A stretch of DNA of 60,042 bases from an uncultured Bacillota bacterium (GCA_946630315.1 CAMOYT010000004.1:1-60042), one strand, 5' to 3'; numbered from the stretch's first letter, positions 9,929 to 20,231 are shown. Numbers and translations are program-made. Notes: generated from the letters alone by a model not told the origin.

Positions 9929-11182
9929 ATGATATTTAAGAAAAAAGATAATGATAAGGTCGATGTAGAAAGTTTAAATAATATACTTTTTACAGGCAAG
10001 AAAATAATGAAAATTGGTTATTTCATGGCTGTTGTATGTTTGGTTTTACTTGCGACTTATTTAATTAAAGAATGGAAGATTCTTAATTTTATTGGAACTT
10101 TCTTAGTAGTTATTTCTCCAATATTTATAGGTTTAATAATTGCTTGGTTATTTGATCCGTTAGTTGATTGGTTTGAGAAAAGAGTTCCTAGAGTAGTTGG
10201 TTGTATAATTGTATATTTGATTATACTTGGTGGTATATTCTTATTTTTCTATTTATTAGCACCTAACTTTGTTGGACAAGTAAAAGATTTTGCTTCTACT
10301 GTTCCTGATATATTAAAAGAGATTGTTAAATTTAGTAATGGATTTATAGATGGTTTAGAGAAAACATTTAATTATGATTTGAGTGATGTTAAGAAACAAA
10401 TATTTGCTTCTCTTACTGATTTTGGAATTTCATTTACTACTAATTTGCCAACTCATATTATGAATATTGGTAAAGCTTTAGTAAGTGGTATTATTAATTT
10501 TGGACTTGGTTTAATGATTGGTTTTTATATGTTATATGATTATGATAGGTTTAATAAATCTATTCATAAGTTATTACCAAAGTCTTGGAAGAAGAATTTT
10601 AATGAATTAACTTATAGATTAAATTCCAGTTTAAGAAATTATGTATCAGGTGTATTCTTAGTAATGTTACTTGTATTCTTAACTCAAAGTATTGGTCTTA
10701 CTTTAGCTGGTATGGAAGCTCCATTGTTGTTTGCTATGTTTTGTGCAGTGACTGATATTATTCCTTATTTTGGACCATATATTGGTGCAATTCCGGCAAT
10801 AATTGTTGGATTTACTATTAGTCCTATTACTGGAGTATGCTGTATTATTTCAATTATTATAGTTCAATTACTTGAGAATAATTTCTATCAACCACTTATT
10901 ATGGGACATACTATGAAATTACATCCAGTTACTATTATGTTGGGATTATTAGTATTTGAACATTTCTTTGGAATACTTGGTATGATTATTGCAACTCCTG
11001 TTATTGCTTGTATTAAAGTTATTCTTACATTTATTGATGAAAAATTAGATATAACTGGTATGGTATCTGGTGAAGATAAAGATGAAAAAGATAAGGATAA
11101 AAAGAATGACAAGAAAGACGAAGATAATGAATTTACTTTAATTGACGATGAAACGGGAATTATGGAGAAGATTAATGATTAA
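9929..11182 (+). CDS. AI-2E family transporter
   Basis: Multi-TM protein with IPYFGPYIG, QLLENNFYQPLIMG..MKLHP and G.LGMIIATP. Confidence 0.92.
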   Translation: MIFKKKDNDKVDVESLNNILFTGKKIMKIGYFMAVVCLVLLATYLIKEWKILNFIGTFLVVISPIFIGLIIAWLFDPLVDWFEKRVPRVVGCIIVYLIILGGIFLFFYLLAPNFVGQVKDFASTVPDILKEIVKFSNGFIDGLEKTFNYDLSDVKKQIFASLTDFGISFTTNLPTHIMNIGKALVSGIINFGLGLMIGFYMLYDYDRFNKSIHKLLPKSWKKNFNELTYRLNSSLRNYVSGVFLVMLLVFLTQSIGLTLAGMEAPLLFAMFCAVTDIIPYFGPYIGAIPAIIVGFTISPITGVCCIISIIIVQLLENNFYQPLIMGHTMKLHPVTIMLGLLVFEHFFGILGMIIATPVIACIKVILTFIDEKLDITGMVSGEDKDEKDKDKKNDKKDEDNEFTLIDDETGIMEKIND

Positions 11183-11197
11183 ATTAATCTTCTTTTA

Positions 11198-11226
11198 TTT
11201 ACTTTTATTAGTAAAATTGATAAAAT
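11198..11226 (+). promoter_or_regulatory. Sigma-A-type promoter of the T-box operon
   Basis: TTTACT-17 bp-TAAAAT with an extended TG, about 15 nt upstream of the T-box. Confidence 0.65.
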
Positions 11227-11240
11227 AGTTATATATTAAT

Positions 11241-11418
11241 GGACTGTGATTGAAGACTAGTACTATGATGATATTATTAAGAGAGTTCTTGGTTGGTGAA
11301 AAAGAATTAATTAGTTATAGGAAGCTACTTTAAGAGTCTATCGGGAGACCGTTATCTATAATTAAGACCAATGTAGGATGGTACCGGATTTATTTCCTCC
11401 TATAGTGGTCTTTTATTT
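11241..11418 (+). promoter_or_regulatory. T-box riboswitch with alanine specifier (GCU)
   Basis: Stem I has the GA motif, AGUA, AGAGAG bulge and GGUGAAA loop. Specifier GAA-GCT-A with GCT at 11324-11326; CCGTTA stem IIA/B box; antiterminator bulge TGGTACC at 11379-11385 between TGTAGGA/TCCTATA and GGA/TCC helices. alaS lies downstream. Confidence 0.9.
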
Positions 11419-11439
11419 GGAGAAAAAGGAGTAAAAATT

Positions 11440-12003
11440 ATGAAAATATTTGTTATTGGTGGTAAAGCAAAGTGTGGTAAAAATACGTTTGGAGAATTCT
11501 TAAGAGAGGAATTAAAAGATTATGGTTATAAGCCTTGTGTTATGCATATAACTGGTCCTTTATATGAGTATGCTCGTAATTATTTTGATTGGAATGGTAA
11601 TTATGATGAAAAACCTCGTGAATTTTTACAAAAAATGGGTTTTGAAATTATTAGGAATAAGCTTGGTAAAAAACACTTCTTATTAGATAGATTATATGAG
11701 GATATTAATATTCTAAGTAATTTCTTTGATACTTTTATTATTACTGATGCTAGGTTGATTGAAGAGTTTGAAGATATTAAGAAAAATTATGGTGATGTAG
11801 TAAATATTAAGTTAGAAAGAGATAATTATGATCCAGAGCTTACTGATGAGGAAGCTAAACATATTACTGAGCATGAGATTGATACTTATGAAGGATTCGA
11901 TTATATAATTAAGAATCGTAGTTTAAAAGATTTAAAACGTAGTGCATTAGAAGTTGTTAGAGATGAAGAGAATTATGAGGGATCAGCTGTAACAATATCA
12001 TAG
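11440..12003 (+). CDS. P-loop kinase resembling phage-type deoxynucleoside monophosphate kinase / phosphomevalonate kinase-like proteins
   Basis: GGKAKCGKNT P-loop, R.FLQ.MG.EIIR and IITDARLIEE motifs; substrate uncertain. Confidence 0.65.
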   Translation: MKIFVIGGKAKCGKNTFGEFLREELKDYGYKPCVMHITGPLYEYARNYFDWNGNYDEKPREFLQKMGFEIIRNKLGKKHFLLDRLYEDINILSNFFDTFIITDARLIEEFEDIKKNYGDVVNIKLERDNYDPELTDEEAKHITEHEIDTYEGFDYIIKNRSLKDLKRSALEVVRDEENYEGSAVTIS

Positions 12004-12012
12004 GAGGGTTTT

Positions 12013-12666
12013 ATGAGTTTAGTTATTGGAATAGATGGACCTGCTGGAAGTGGAAAAGGTACTATTACTAAGATAATTGCTGATAAGTTAGGTTTGGTAA
12101 ATATTGATACAGGTGCAATGTATAGATGTGTTGCACTTGCTTCTATTAGAAATAATTTAAAAGTAGATGATGCGGAAGAAATTATTAAATTAGCTAAGAA
12201 TATTAAAATTAGTTTTGATAAAGAAGGACATGTATTCTTAGATGGTGAAGATGTTTCTACATTAATTCGTGAAAAAGATGTATCTAGTATAGTTAGTCCT
12301 ATTTCTTCTATAGTTGAAGTTAGAGAAGAGATGGTAAATCAACAAAGAAAGTTAGCTGAAGGTTTAGATGTAATTATGGAAGGTAGAGATATAACTACTG
12401 TTGTATTTCCTAATGCCGATTACAAGTTTTACTTAGATGCAAGTGTTGAAGAACGAGCGATGAGAAGGTTTAAGCAAAACCAAGAAGCAGGAATAGATAT
12501 GAGTTATGATGAAATCTTAGATAATATTAAGAAGAGAGATTATAACGATATGCATAAAGAAGTTGGTTCTTTAATGAGAACTGATGATCAAATATATATA
12601 GATTCGACACATTTAAGTATCGAAGAAGTTGCAGATGAAATATTAAAACATATTAAGGAGAGATAA
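12013..12666 (+). CDS. cmk: Cytidylate kinase
   Basis: IDGPAGSGKGT, DTGAMYR, MEGRDI.TVVFP. Confidence 0.97.
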   Translation: MSLVIGIDGPAGSGKGTITKIIADKLGLVNIDTGAMYRCVALASIRNNLKVDDAEEIIKLAKNIKISFDKEGHVFLDGEDVSTLIREKDVSSIVSPISSIVEVREEMVNQQRKLAEGLDVIMEGRDITTVVFPNADYKFYLDASVEERAMRRFKQNQEAGIDMSYDEILDNIKKRDYNDMHKEVGSLMRTDDQIYIDSTHLSIEEVADEILKHIKER

Positions 12667-12668
12667 TT

Positions 12669-15359
12669 ATGAAATATATGAGTCATGATGACATTAGAAA
12701 TACATGGTTTAAGTACTTTACAGAACATGGCCATAAAATTTATGAAAGTGCACCTTTAGTACCTATTAATGATGATAGCTTACTATGGATTAATGCTGGT
12801 GTTACTCCATTAAAAAAATACTTTGATGGATCTGAGACACCTGATTCTAGAAGAATAGTTAATATTCAAAAATGTATTCGTACAAATGATATTGAAAATG
12901 TAGGTATTACTAAAAGACATCAAACTTTCTTTGAAATGATGGGTAACTTTTCTGTAGGAGATTATTTTAAGAATGAAGCTATTGAATTTGCTTTTGATAT
13001 TCTTACTAATGAAGAGTATTTTGGTATAGATAAAGAGTTACTTTATGTTACTGTTTATACAGATGATGATGATGCTTTCAACAGATGGGTTGAAGTTGGT
13101 ATGATACCTAGTCATATTGTTAGATTAGAAGAAAATTTCTGGGAAATTGGAGAAGGACCTTGTGGACCTGATTCTGAAATTTTCTTTGATAGAGGAGAAA
13201 AATATGATCCTAATGGAGATGCTTTAGATAAATTTAAGGCAGATGAAGATCAAGAAAGATATGTCGAGATTTGGAATAATGTATTTAGTCAATTTAATAG
13301 TGAAGAAGGTAAGTCTAGAAAAGAATATAAGGAATTACCTCATAAGAATATAGATACAGGTGCTGGGTTAGAGAGATGGTGCTGTATATTCCAAGATGTT
13401 GATTCTAATTTTGAGACTGATTTATTCAAACCAATTATTAAACATATAGAAGAGTTAGTTGGTAGTGAATATGTTGGTCAAAAAGAATATAAAATTATTG
13501 CAGATCACATAAGAGCAATTACTTTTGCTTTAGCAGATGGTGCTTGTTTTGAGAATGTAGGACGTGGATATGTACTTAGAAGACTACTTCGTAGAAGTGT
13601 TAGATTTGGTAAGACTTTGGGTCTTGATAAACCTTTTATGTATAAAGTAGTTAGTGATGTTGTTGATGTTATGAAGGATGCTTATCCATACTTAGTTGAG
13701 AAAAGAGCAGAAGTTGAAGCTTTAGTACTTGATGAAGAAAAATTATTCTTAAAGACTTTGGAAGCTGGAGAAAAGAGATTAAAAGAATTAGTTGAACAAT
13801 CTCCTAATAATTATATTAGTGGAGAAGAAGCTTTTAAATTATATGATACTTATGGATTCCCATTTGAATTGACTGAAGAATATTTAGCTGATTTAGGATT
13901 TAAGGTTGACAGAGAAGAATTTAATAAGTATATGGAAGCTCAAAAAGAGTTAGCAAGAGCTAATATTAAGAATACTACTAAGATGGCTTCACAAAAACAA
14001 GTACTTATGGACTTTAAAGAAGAAAGTCAATTTGTATATGGTTTGTATAGAGTAAAGAGTGAAATTATTGGAATATTCTCTAAGGATGAAGAAGTAGATA
14101 TTATTGATCATGATACTTATATAGCAGCTAAGAGAACTTGTTTCTATGCTGAGTCTGGTGGACAAGTTAGCGATACTGGTATGATTATTGGTAAAAACTT
14201 TAAAGCTCGTGTTGTAGATGTGTTTAAGGGCCCTAATGGTCAACATATTCATAAAGTAAGACTACTTGATGGTGTTATTAGAAAAGGCGATGAGTGTGAA
14301 CTTATTATTGATAAAGATAGACGTAAGAGAATTGAATGTAATCACTCTAGTGTTCATATTCTTCAATATAGTTTGCAACAAGTTGTTTCTAATACTATTA
14401 AACAAGCTGGTAGTTATGTAGATGATGAAAAACTTAGATTTGATTTTACTTATTCTGGTAAAATGACAGATGAGAAGTTAATTGAAGTTGAGAATTTTAT
14501 GAATGATATGATTGGCGAAGAATTAATTGTATCTACTGAAGTATTACCAATTGATAAAGCTCGTGAAATGGGTGCTATGGCATTATTTAGCGAAAAGTAT
14601 GGTGACATGGTTCGTGTTGTTAAAATTGGTAAAAGTATAGAATTATGTGGTGGTACTCATGCTACTAATACTAAAGATATTGGAAGAGCTGCTATTACAT
14701 TATGTGAGTCTAAAGGAAGTAATGTATATAGAATAGAAGCTGTAACTGGTAGTAAAGTAGAAGATAGTTTATTACAAGCTGTTAAACCATATAATGATGA
14801 GATGATTAAACTTTTAATGAAAGCTCGTGAAATACTTGATGAAGCTCGTGAAGTTGGACTTGTTTTATCATTTGATGTAGATATTTCTAATGATAAACCT
14901 ACTAGTTATAAAGATATTGTTTATAATCGTAATGAACTTCAATATGTTCATCATGAAGTAAAAGAGTTAGAGAAAAAATACTTTAGTATGAGAGAAAAAC
15001 AAACTCTTGATAATTTAGATATTTATCGTGAGTCTTGTAAAGAATATGGTAATGTTATTGCATGTATTATGGAACTTAAAAATAAAGATATTAATCTACT
15101 AAAAAGTATTGCTGATAGTTTAGTTAATGAAATGGGTGAAGGATTAGTATTCTTTGCTAATGTTAAAGATGATAATTCAGTTAATTTTATTTGTCGTAGT
15201 ACATGTTTTGCTAATGCTGGTTTACTTGTTAAAGATGCTAGTGTTTCATCTGGAGGTAATGGAGGAGGAAGTCCTACATTTGCTCAAGGTGGAGGAAAGA
15301 ATACAGACTCTTTAGAAGCTATTTTTAAGCATATAGAGAAAGTTTTAACTAGTGAATAG
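12669..15359 (+). CDS. alaS: Alanine--tRNA ligase
   Basis: NAGV, QKCIR, TFFEMMGNFS.GDYFK, editing motifs HSSVH and ELCGGTH, C-terminal GGG...FAQGG. Confidence 0.98.
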   Translation: MKYMSHDDIRNTWFKYFTEHGHKIYESAPLVPINDDSLLWINAGVTPLKKYFDGSETPDSRRIVNIQKCIRTNDIENVGITKRHQTFFEMMGNFSVGDYFKNEAIEFAFDILTNEEYFGIDKELLYVTVYTDDDDAFNRWVEVGMIPSHIVRLEENFWEIGEGPCGPDSEIFFDRGEKYDPNGDALDKFKADEDQERYVEIWNNVFSQFNSEEGKSRKEYKELPHKNIDTGAGLERWCCIFQDVDSNFETDLFKPIIKHIEELVGSEYVGQKEYKIIADHIRAITFALADGACFENVGRGYVLRRLLRRSVRFGKTLGLDKPFMYKVVSDVVDVMKDAYPYLVEKRAEVEALVLDEEKLFLKTLEAGEKRLKELVEQSPNNYISGEEAFKLYDTYGFPFELTEEYLADLGFKVDREEFNKYMEAQKELARANIKNTTKMASQKQVLMDFKEESQFVYGLYRVKSEIIGIFSKDEEVDIIDHDTYIAAKRTCFYAESGGQVSDTGMIIGKNFKARVVDVFKGPNGQHIHKVRLLDGVIRKGDECELIIDKDRRKRIECNHSSVHILQYSLQQVVSNTIKQAGSYVDDEKLRFDFTYSGKMTDEKLIEVENFMNDMIGEELIVSTEVLPIDKAREMGAMALFSEKYGDMVRVVKIGKSIELCGGTHATNTKDIGRAAITLCESKGSNVYRIEAVTGSKVEDSLLQAVKPYNDEMIKLLMKAREILDEAREVGLVLSFDVDISNDKPTSYKDIVYNRNELQYVHHEVKELEKKYFSMREKQTLDNLDIYRESCKEYGNVIACIMELKNKDINLLKSIADSLVNEMGEGLVFFANVKDDNSVNFICRSTCFANAGLLVKDASVSSGGNGGGSPTFAQGGGKNTDSLEAIFKHIEKVLTSE

Positions 15360-16287
15360 TTATTTAATTGAAGGAACTGATTTCGGCGCTCTAAGTGCCG
15401 AAATTAAGTCTATAATTAAGTCTAATAAGTTTGATGAAGCTTCTATTAGTTATTATGATATGGAAGTAGACTTATTGGATAAAGTGTTAGAAGACTTAGA
15501 TACTTATAGTTTTTTAAGTGATAAGAAAGTTATTATTATTAAGAATATGGATAAGATTAGTATTGATAATAATAAAAATTATTTAGATCATTTTTATAAA
15601 TACTTGGAAAATCCTAGTAGTGATAATTTACTAATTATTTCTGGTTCTAAGTTTAATAATACTTTAAAGGTTACTAAAGAGTTAAAGAAGTATTGTAAAT
15701 ATACTGAAATTAGTTTAGATGTATATAAATATACTGAGAATTTATTAAAAGATTATACTGTAGATAAAAATACGATTAGATTAATTGTTGAATATTCTTT
15801 AAATGATATTTCTAAAATAGAAAATGATTGTCATAAATTGATGGATTATTGTTTTGATTCTAAAGTTATTAATAGAGAAGATGTTTTAGAATTAGTATCA
15901 CAAAAGTTAGGTGATTCTAAAGATTTAACTTTTTCGTTTATTAGATCTCTTGGAGAAAGAGACAAGAGTGAATCATTAAAAAAGTATAAGGAATTGCTTG
16001 AATATAATATCGAGCCTTTAGCACTTATAGGATTAGTAGCATCACAAATTAGAATTATTTATCAAGTTAAGAGTTTAGAAAAAAATAATTTAAGTGATAA
16101 AGAGATTGCTGATATGTTGGGTGAAAAGAGTGATTATCGAATTAAAAAGACTCGTGAGGTTACTAGATATTATAGTGAAAGTGAATTATTAAAATTAATG
16201 ATAGATTTATCTGATATTGATTTAAAATGTAAAAGTAGTGATGTTGATCCTAATTATTTAATTGAAGTATTTTTATTAAATTTATAA
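15352..16287 (+). CDS. holA: DNA polymerase III delta subunit
   Basis: Typical 311-aa length and HolA pattern (SFLSDKKVIIIK, C-terminal L..ID...KS); GTG start overlaps the alaS stop. Confidence 0.85.
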   Translation: MNSYLIEGTDFGALSAEIKSIIKSNKFDEASISYYDMEVDLLDKVLEDLDTYSFLSDKKVIIIKNMDKISIDNNKNYLDHFYKYLENPSSDNLLIISGSKFNNTLKVTKELKKYCKYTEISLDVYKYTENLLKDYTVDKNTIRLIVEYSLNDISKIENDCHKLMDYCFDSKVINREDVLELVSQKLGDSKDLTFSFIRSLGERDKSESLKKYKELLEYNIEPLALIGLVASQIRIIYQVKSLEKNNLSDKEIADMLGEKSDYRIKKTREVTRYYSESELLKLMIDLSDIDLKCKSSDVDPNYLIEVFLLNL

Positions 16288-16301
16288 AAGAAAAAAGCCA
16301 T

Positions 16302-18029
16302 TTAGGCTTTTTCTTTTTCTAGTTTTTTATAATCTACTTTTCCAACTAATGTTTTAGGAAGTGATTTTCTAAATTCATAATATTTGGGTATCATATAATG
16401 GGCTAGTTTTATTTTTAAATATTCTTTTATCTCTTTTTCTATTTTAGATGTTGGTTCTAAGCCTTCTTTTAGAACTATGAAGGCTTTTCCTACTTGTATT
16501 TTATATTTATCTGGTAGGCCTATAACACAAGATGTTACTATGTTTGGATGTTCATTTAATACTTCTTCAATATGTGATGGGTAGACATTATATCCACTTG
16601 TTATTATCATTCGTTTTAGTCTTTGAACAAAGAACAATACTCCTTGTTCATTTAAATAACCCATATCTCCAGTATGAACCCATATATTTCCTTTATCATC
16701 TTTTTCTAGAACATCATTTGTTTCTTTTTCATTATTTAAATAACCCATCATTACTGTTGGTCCGGATATTAATATTTCTCCTGTTTCTCCGAATGGTAAT
16801 TCTTCTTTAGTATTAATATCAATTATTTTGACTTTATTACTTGGTAATGGTATTCCGACACTACCTGGGAGGTCTGATCCTAGTGCTCCAAAGATGACTC
16901 CTCCTGATGTTTCTGTCATACCATATCCTTGAATGATATGATGTTTTGAATTATGTTCTCTTAAGAATTTATTTACTAATTTATTCTTATCTTTTGATAA
17001 AGAGTCTCCACCTGAGACTATATATTTAACATTAGATAGATCAATATTTTGCATATGCTTGTTCTTTAACATTGCTTCAAAAAGAGTAGGGACACCAGGT
17101 ATTACTGTTGGATGATATTTTGTTATTAATTTATCAAACCTAGTAGCATCAAATTTAGGTACCATTATTACTGTTTCTCCAGTTGAGATTGGAAAGTGAA
17201 GACATTCTACTAAACCAAAACAATGAAACATTGGTAATATTGATAAGAAGGAATCACTATCATTTAATTCAGGTAGGGCAATTTTAGCTTGGTTAACGAC
17301 AACATTTATATTTCCATTTGAAAGTAATATATGTTTTGGAGTACCAGTTGTTCCTCCTGAATGTAGTATTGTTGCGACATCATCTTTTGTTCTATGAACT
17401 AAGACATCTGTATCATATTGTTTTCCTTTTTCTAAGAAATTATGCCAAGAGATATATCTTTCATTACTTTTTGGTATTTTTACTTTTCTATCTTCTAATA
17501 GATAATAACCAATCTTTAATGGATTTGGCATTGAGTCTCTTGGAGATACAATTATAGTTTTATATAAATTAGTTTCTTTAATAATATTATCTACTTTGTT
17601 ATAGGCAATATTGATTGTTAGTAATACAACACTATTTGTTGCGATTAAGGTTTGCTTTATTTCTTCTTCAGAACTTAGGGGATGGATCATATTAGCAATT
17701 GCTCCTATTTTTGAAGTTGCATATAACATAATAACAGCTTCAGGAGTGTTTGCCATACAAATAGATACAACATCATCTTTTCTTACTCCTTGCGATCTTA
17801 ATGCTTTAGCGCATAAATCTATATCATTAAATAGTTCTTTATATGTTATTTTTCTATTAAAATAATTAATAGCAATATTATTCATATTACTTAAATTAGA
17901 TTTATATATAAACTCATATAATGACATATCTGGTATTTGTACTTCTCTTTTATCTTTTGGATAAAACTTTAACCAAGGATATTTCTCTGTTATTTTTAAT
18001 TTCTTTTTAATAGTATCTATAATACTCAT
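16302..18029 (-). CDS. Long-chain acyl-CoA ligase (AMP-binding, ANL family)
   Basis: HSGGTTGTPK, GYGMTE, HTGDMG, LPKTLVGKVD. Confidence 0.9.
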   Translation of the reverse strand: MSIIDTIKKKLKITEKYPWLKFYPKDKREVQIPDMSLYEFIYKSNLSNMNNIAINYFNRKITYKELFNDIDLCAKALRSQGVRKDDVVSICMANTPEAVIMLYATSKIGAIANMIHPLSSEEEIKQTLIATNSVVLLTINIAYNKVDNIIKETNLYKTIIVSPRDSMPNPLKIGYYLLEDRKVKIPKSNERYISWHNFLEKGKQYDTDVLVHRTKDDVATILHSGGTTGTPKHILLSNGNINVVVNQAKIALPELNDSDSFLSILPMFHCFGLVECLHFPISTGETVIMVPKFDATRFDKLITKYHPTVIPGVPTLFEAMLKNKHMQNIDLSNVKYIVSGGDSLSKDKNKLVNKFLREHNSKHHIIQGYGMTETSGGVIFGALGSDLPGSVGIPLPSNKVKIIDINTKEELPFGETGEILISGPTVMMGYLNNEKETNDVLEKDDKGNIWVHTGDMGYLNEQGVLFFVQRLKRMIITSGYNVYPSHIEEVLNEHPNIVTSCVIGLPDKYKIQVGKAFIVLKEGLEPTSKIEKEIKEYLKIKLAHYMIPKYYEFRKSLPKTLVGKVDYKKLEKEKA

Positions 18030-18168
18030 AAATTTGCTCCTTTTTTAAACATTTGTTGAATATTTATCTATTTCATTATATAATTTAGATATAATTAAAT
18101 TCAATAAGCAATTTGGATTGTATTGTTAAATATTAAACAGATTAGTATTAAATTGTATAGGAGGATAT

Positions 18169-18741
18169 ATGGATAGAAGAATTAAATATACTAAAGGTGT
18201 TATTAAAGATACATTTTTAAATTTATTAGAAGAGAAAGATATTAGTAATATTACTGTTACTGAAGTATGTAAGATTGCTGATATAAACCGAGCTACATTT
18301 TATAGATATTATGATGATTGCTATGACTTACTTAAGAAGATACAAGATGAATTTATGGAAGAATTGACTAATTCATCACCTATGATTAATTTGCCAGATG
18401 AGTCTGTTTATGATTTTACATATGGTGTTTTAAAAGTGTTTGAGAATAATAAGAAATTAATTACTTTACTTTTTAATACTAATAATAATATTTATTTTTT
18501 GAATGAAGTATTAGAATATTGCTATAATAAATGTGTTTTAAAGTGGAGTAGTTTGTTTCCAGATTATAATAAAAATATGATTGAATATCAAACAGTATTT
18601 ATCTTTAATGGAGCTCTTGGAGTGATTAATTATTGGATTAAGAATGATTTTTTGGAGGATGCTAGTTTTATTGCTAAAATGATTGAAGATACAACTATTG
18701 ATGGAGTAAATAAATATATTACAACTAAAAAAAGTAGTTAA
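18169..18741 (+). CDS. TetR/AcrR family regulator
   Basis: DRRIKYTK...ITVTEVCKIADINRATFYRYY HTH; divergent from the acyl-CoA ligase. Confidence 0.93.
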   Translation: MDRRIKYTKGVIKDTFLNLLEEKDISNITVTEVCKIADINRATFYRYYDDCYDLLKKIQDEFMEELTNSSPMINLPDESVYDFTYGVLKVFENNKKLITLLFNTNNNIYFLNEVLEYCYNKCVLKWSSLFPDYNKNMIEYQTVFIFNGALGVINYWIKNDFLEDASFIAKMIEDTTIDGVNKYITTKKSS

Positions 18742-19958
18742 TTACTACTTTTTTTTATTTGTTCTAAGCGATCATATATTTCTTTTATATTTTTTTCATA
18801 ACCAATTGTTTTTGGTTCATAATATTTTCTATTTTTAATTTTATCTGGAAGGTATTGTTGTACTACATAAGCACCTGGATAATCATGAGGATATTTATAT
18901 GTAGTTGAATCTGTTTTTATATGAGGTGGTAGGTTTCCTGTATTTCCTTTTTCAATATCTTCGATTGCTTTATCGAATGCTACATGAGCTGTATTTGATT
19001 TAGGAGATAGTGCCATTTCTGTAATAATTGTACCTATTGGAATTCTTGCTTCTGGTAGACCAACTCTTTCAGCAGCATTTATTGCAGCATCTAATCTTGG
19101 ACCAATAGCAGGATTAGCTAGACCTATATCTTCGTATGCTATTACTGATAGTCTTCTAAATAATGATTCTAAGTCTCCTTCCATTACTAGTCTTGCTGCA
19201 TAATGAAGAGAGGCATCTACATCACTACCTCTAATTGATTTTTGTAATCCACTTAAAACATCATAGTGCCCATCACCGTTCTTATCACTAAAAAAGACTG
19301 GTTTATTATTAATACTTTTTATTTTTTCTTCGGTAATGGTTTTATCATCTGTAGAATAATATGCTATTTCTAATAGATTGTAGGCATATCTTAAGTCATT
19401 ACCAGATAGTCTTGCTATTAATTTAATACTATTATCATCTATTTTTATTCCTTTTAAATCTTCATGTTTTATAGCCTTTTTAAGTCCTTTAATTATATCT
19501 TTTTCTTCTAATTCTTGAAGTTCAAATAATTGACATCTTGATCTTATAGCTGGGTTAATAGCATGGTATGGATTAGATGTTGTCATTCCAATTAGTGTTA
19601 TTAATCCACTTTCTAATTGTGGCAATAAAACATCTTGTTTATCTTTATTTAATCTATGTATTTCATCCATTATTAAAACAATACCATCATACATTTTAGC
19701 TTCTTCTATTACTATATCTAAGTCTTTTTTAGTATTTACTGTGGCATTTAAGAATCTATATCTTATTCCTAGTTCATTTACAATAGCATTAGCAATTGAA
19801 GTTTTTCCAATACCAGGTTTTCCATATAAGATCATAGAAAATAGTTTTTTATTTTTTACTAAGTTTGTTAATACTTTTCCTTTACCGATTAAGTGAGTTT
19901 GCCCAATAACTTCAGAAAGATTAGTTGGTGCTAGTTTAATCGCAAGAGGTTTATTCAT
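18738..19958 (-). CDS. rarA: Replication-associated recombination protein A (RarA/MgsA)
   Basis: GKPGIGKTS, DEIHR, SGLQKSIRGSD.DA, EDIGLANP, YKYPHDY. Confidence 0.95.
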   Translation of the reverse strand: MNKPLAIKLAPTNLSEVIGQTHLIGKGKVLTNLVKNKKLFSMILYGKPGIGKTSIANAIVNELGIRYRFLNATVNTKKDLDIVIEEAKMYDGIVLIMDEIHRLNKDKQDVLLPQLESGLITLIGMTTSNPYHAINPAIRSRCQLFELQELEEKDIIKGLKKAIKHEDLKGIKIDDNSIKLIARLSGNDLRYAYNLLEIAYYSTDDKTITEEKIKSINNKPVFFSDKNGDGHYDVLSGLQKSIRGSDVDASLHYAARLVMEGDLESLFRRLSVIAYEDIGLANPAIGPRLDAAINAAERVGLPEARIPIGTIITEMALSPKSNTAHVAFDKAIEDIEKGNTGNLPPHIKTDSTTYKYPHDYPGAYVVQQYLPDKIKNRKYYEPKTIGYEKNIKEIYDRLEQIKKSSN

Positions 19959-19998
19959 AAATATCACCTAATAATATTATAACTATAATTATGGTTTT

Positions 19999-20027
19999 TT
20001 GACAATAATTAGCTTTTATGGTATAAT
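19999..20027 (+). promoter_or_regulatory. Consensus sigma-A promoter
   Basis: TTGACA-17 bp-TATAAT with an extended TG. Confidence 0.85.
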
Positions 20028-20052
20028 TAGAGTACTTTTTGGAGGTTGTGTT

Positions 20053-20112
20053 ATGAATAATTTATATTTATTACGAAGAGATAGAGTTAATCATACACTT
20101 GTAGTACGGTAG
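20053..20112 (+). CDS. Putative Arg-rich leader peptide MNNLYLLRRDRVNHTLVVR
   Basis: GGAGG RBS at 20041-20045. 19 codons include Arg CGA, AGA, AGA and CGG. Overlaps the attenuator pairing segments. Confidence 0.7.
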   Translation: MNNLYLLRRDRVNHTLVVR

Positions 20113-20215
20113 AAATATCAGATACAAGTGGTTTTATGTTGCTTGTATCTTGTAATAAATATTTAAATTATTATGTATAAATATTAGATCTAGATGCAAG
20201 CATCTAGATTTTTTT
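20096..20215 (+). promoter_or_regulatory. Putative transcription attenuator with alternative hairpins and an intrinsic terminator
   Basis: CACTTGTA 20096-20103 pairs with TACAAGTG 20123-20130; AGATACAAG 20120-20128 pairs with CTTGTATCT 20142-20150; GCTTGTATCT 20141-20150 pairs with AGATGCAAGC 20192-20201; terminator ATCTAGATG-CAAG-CATCTAGAT plus T tract at 20188-20215. Confidence 0.75.
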
Positions 20216-20231
20216 ATTGGGAGGAGTAAAT

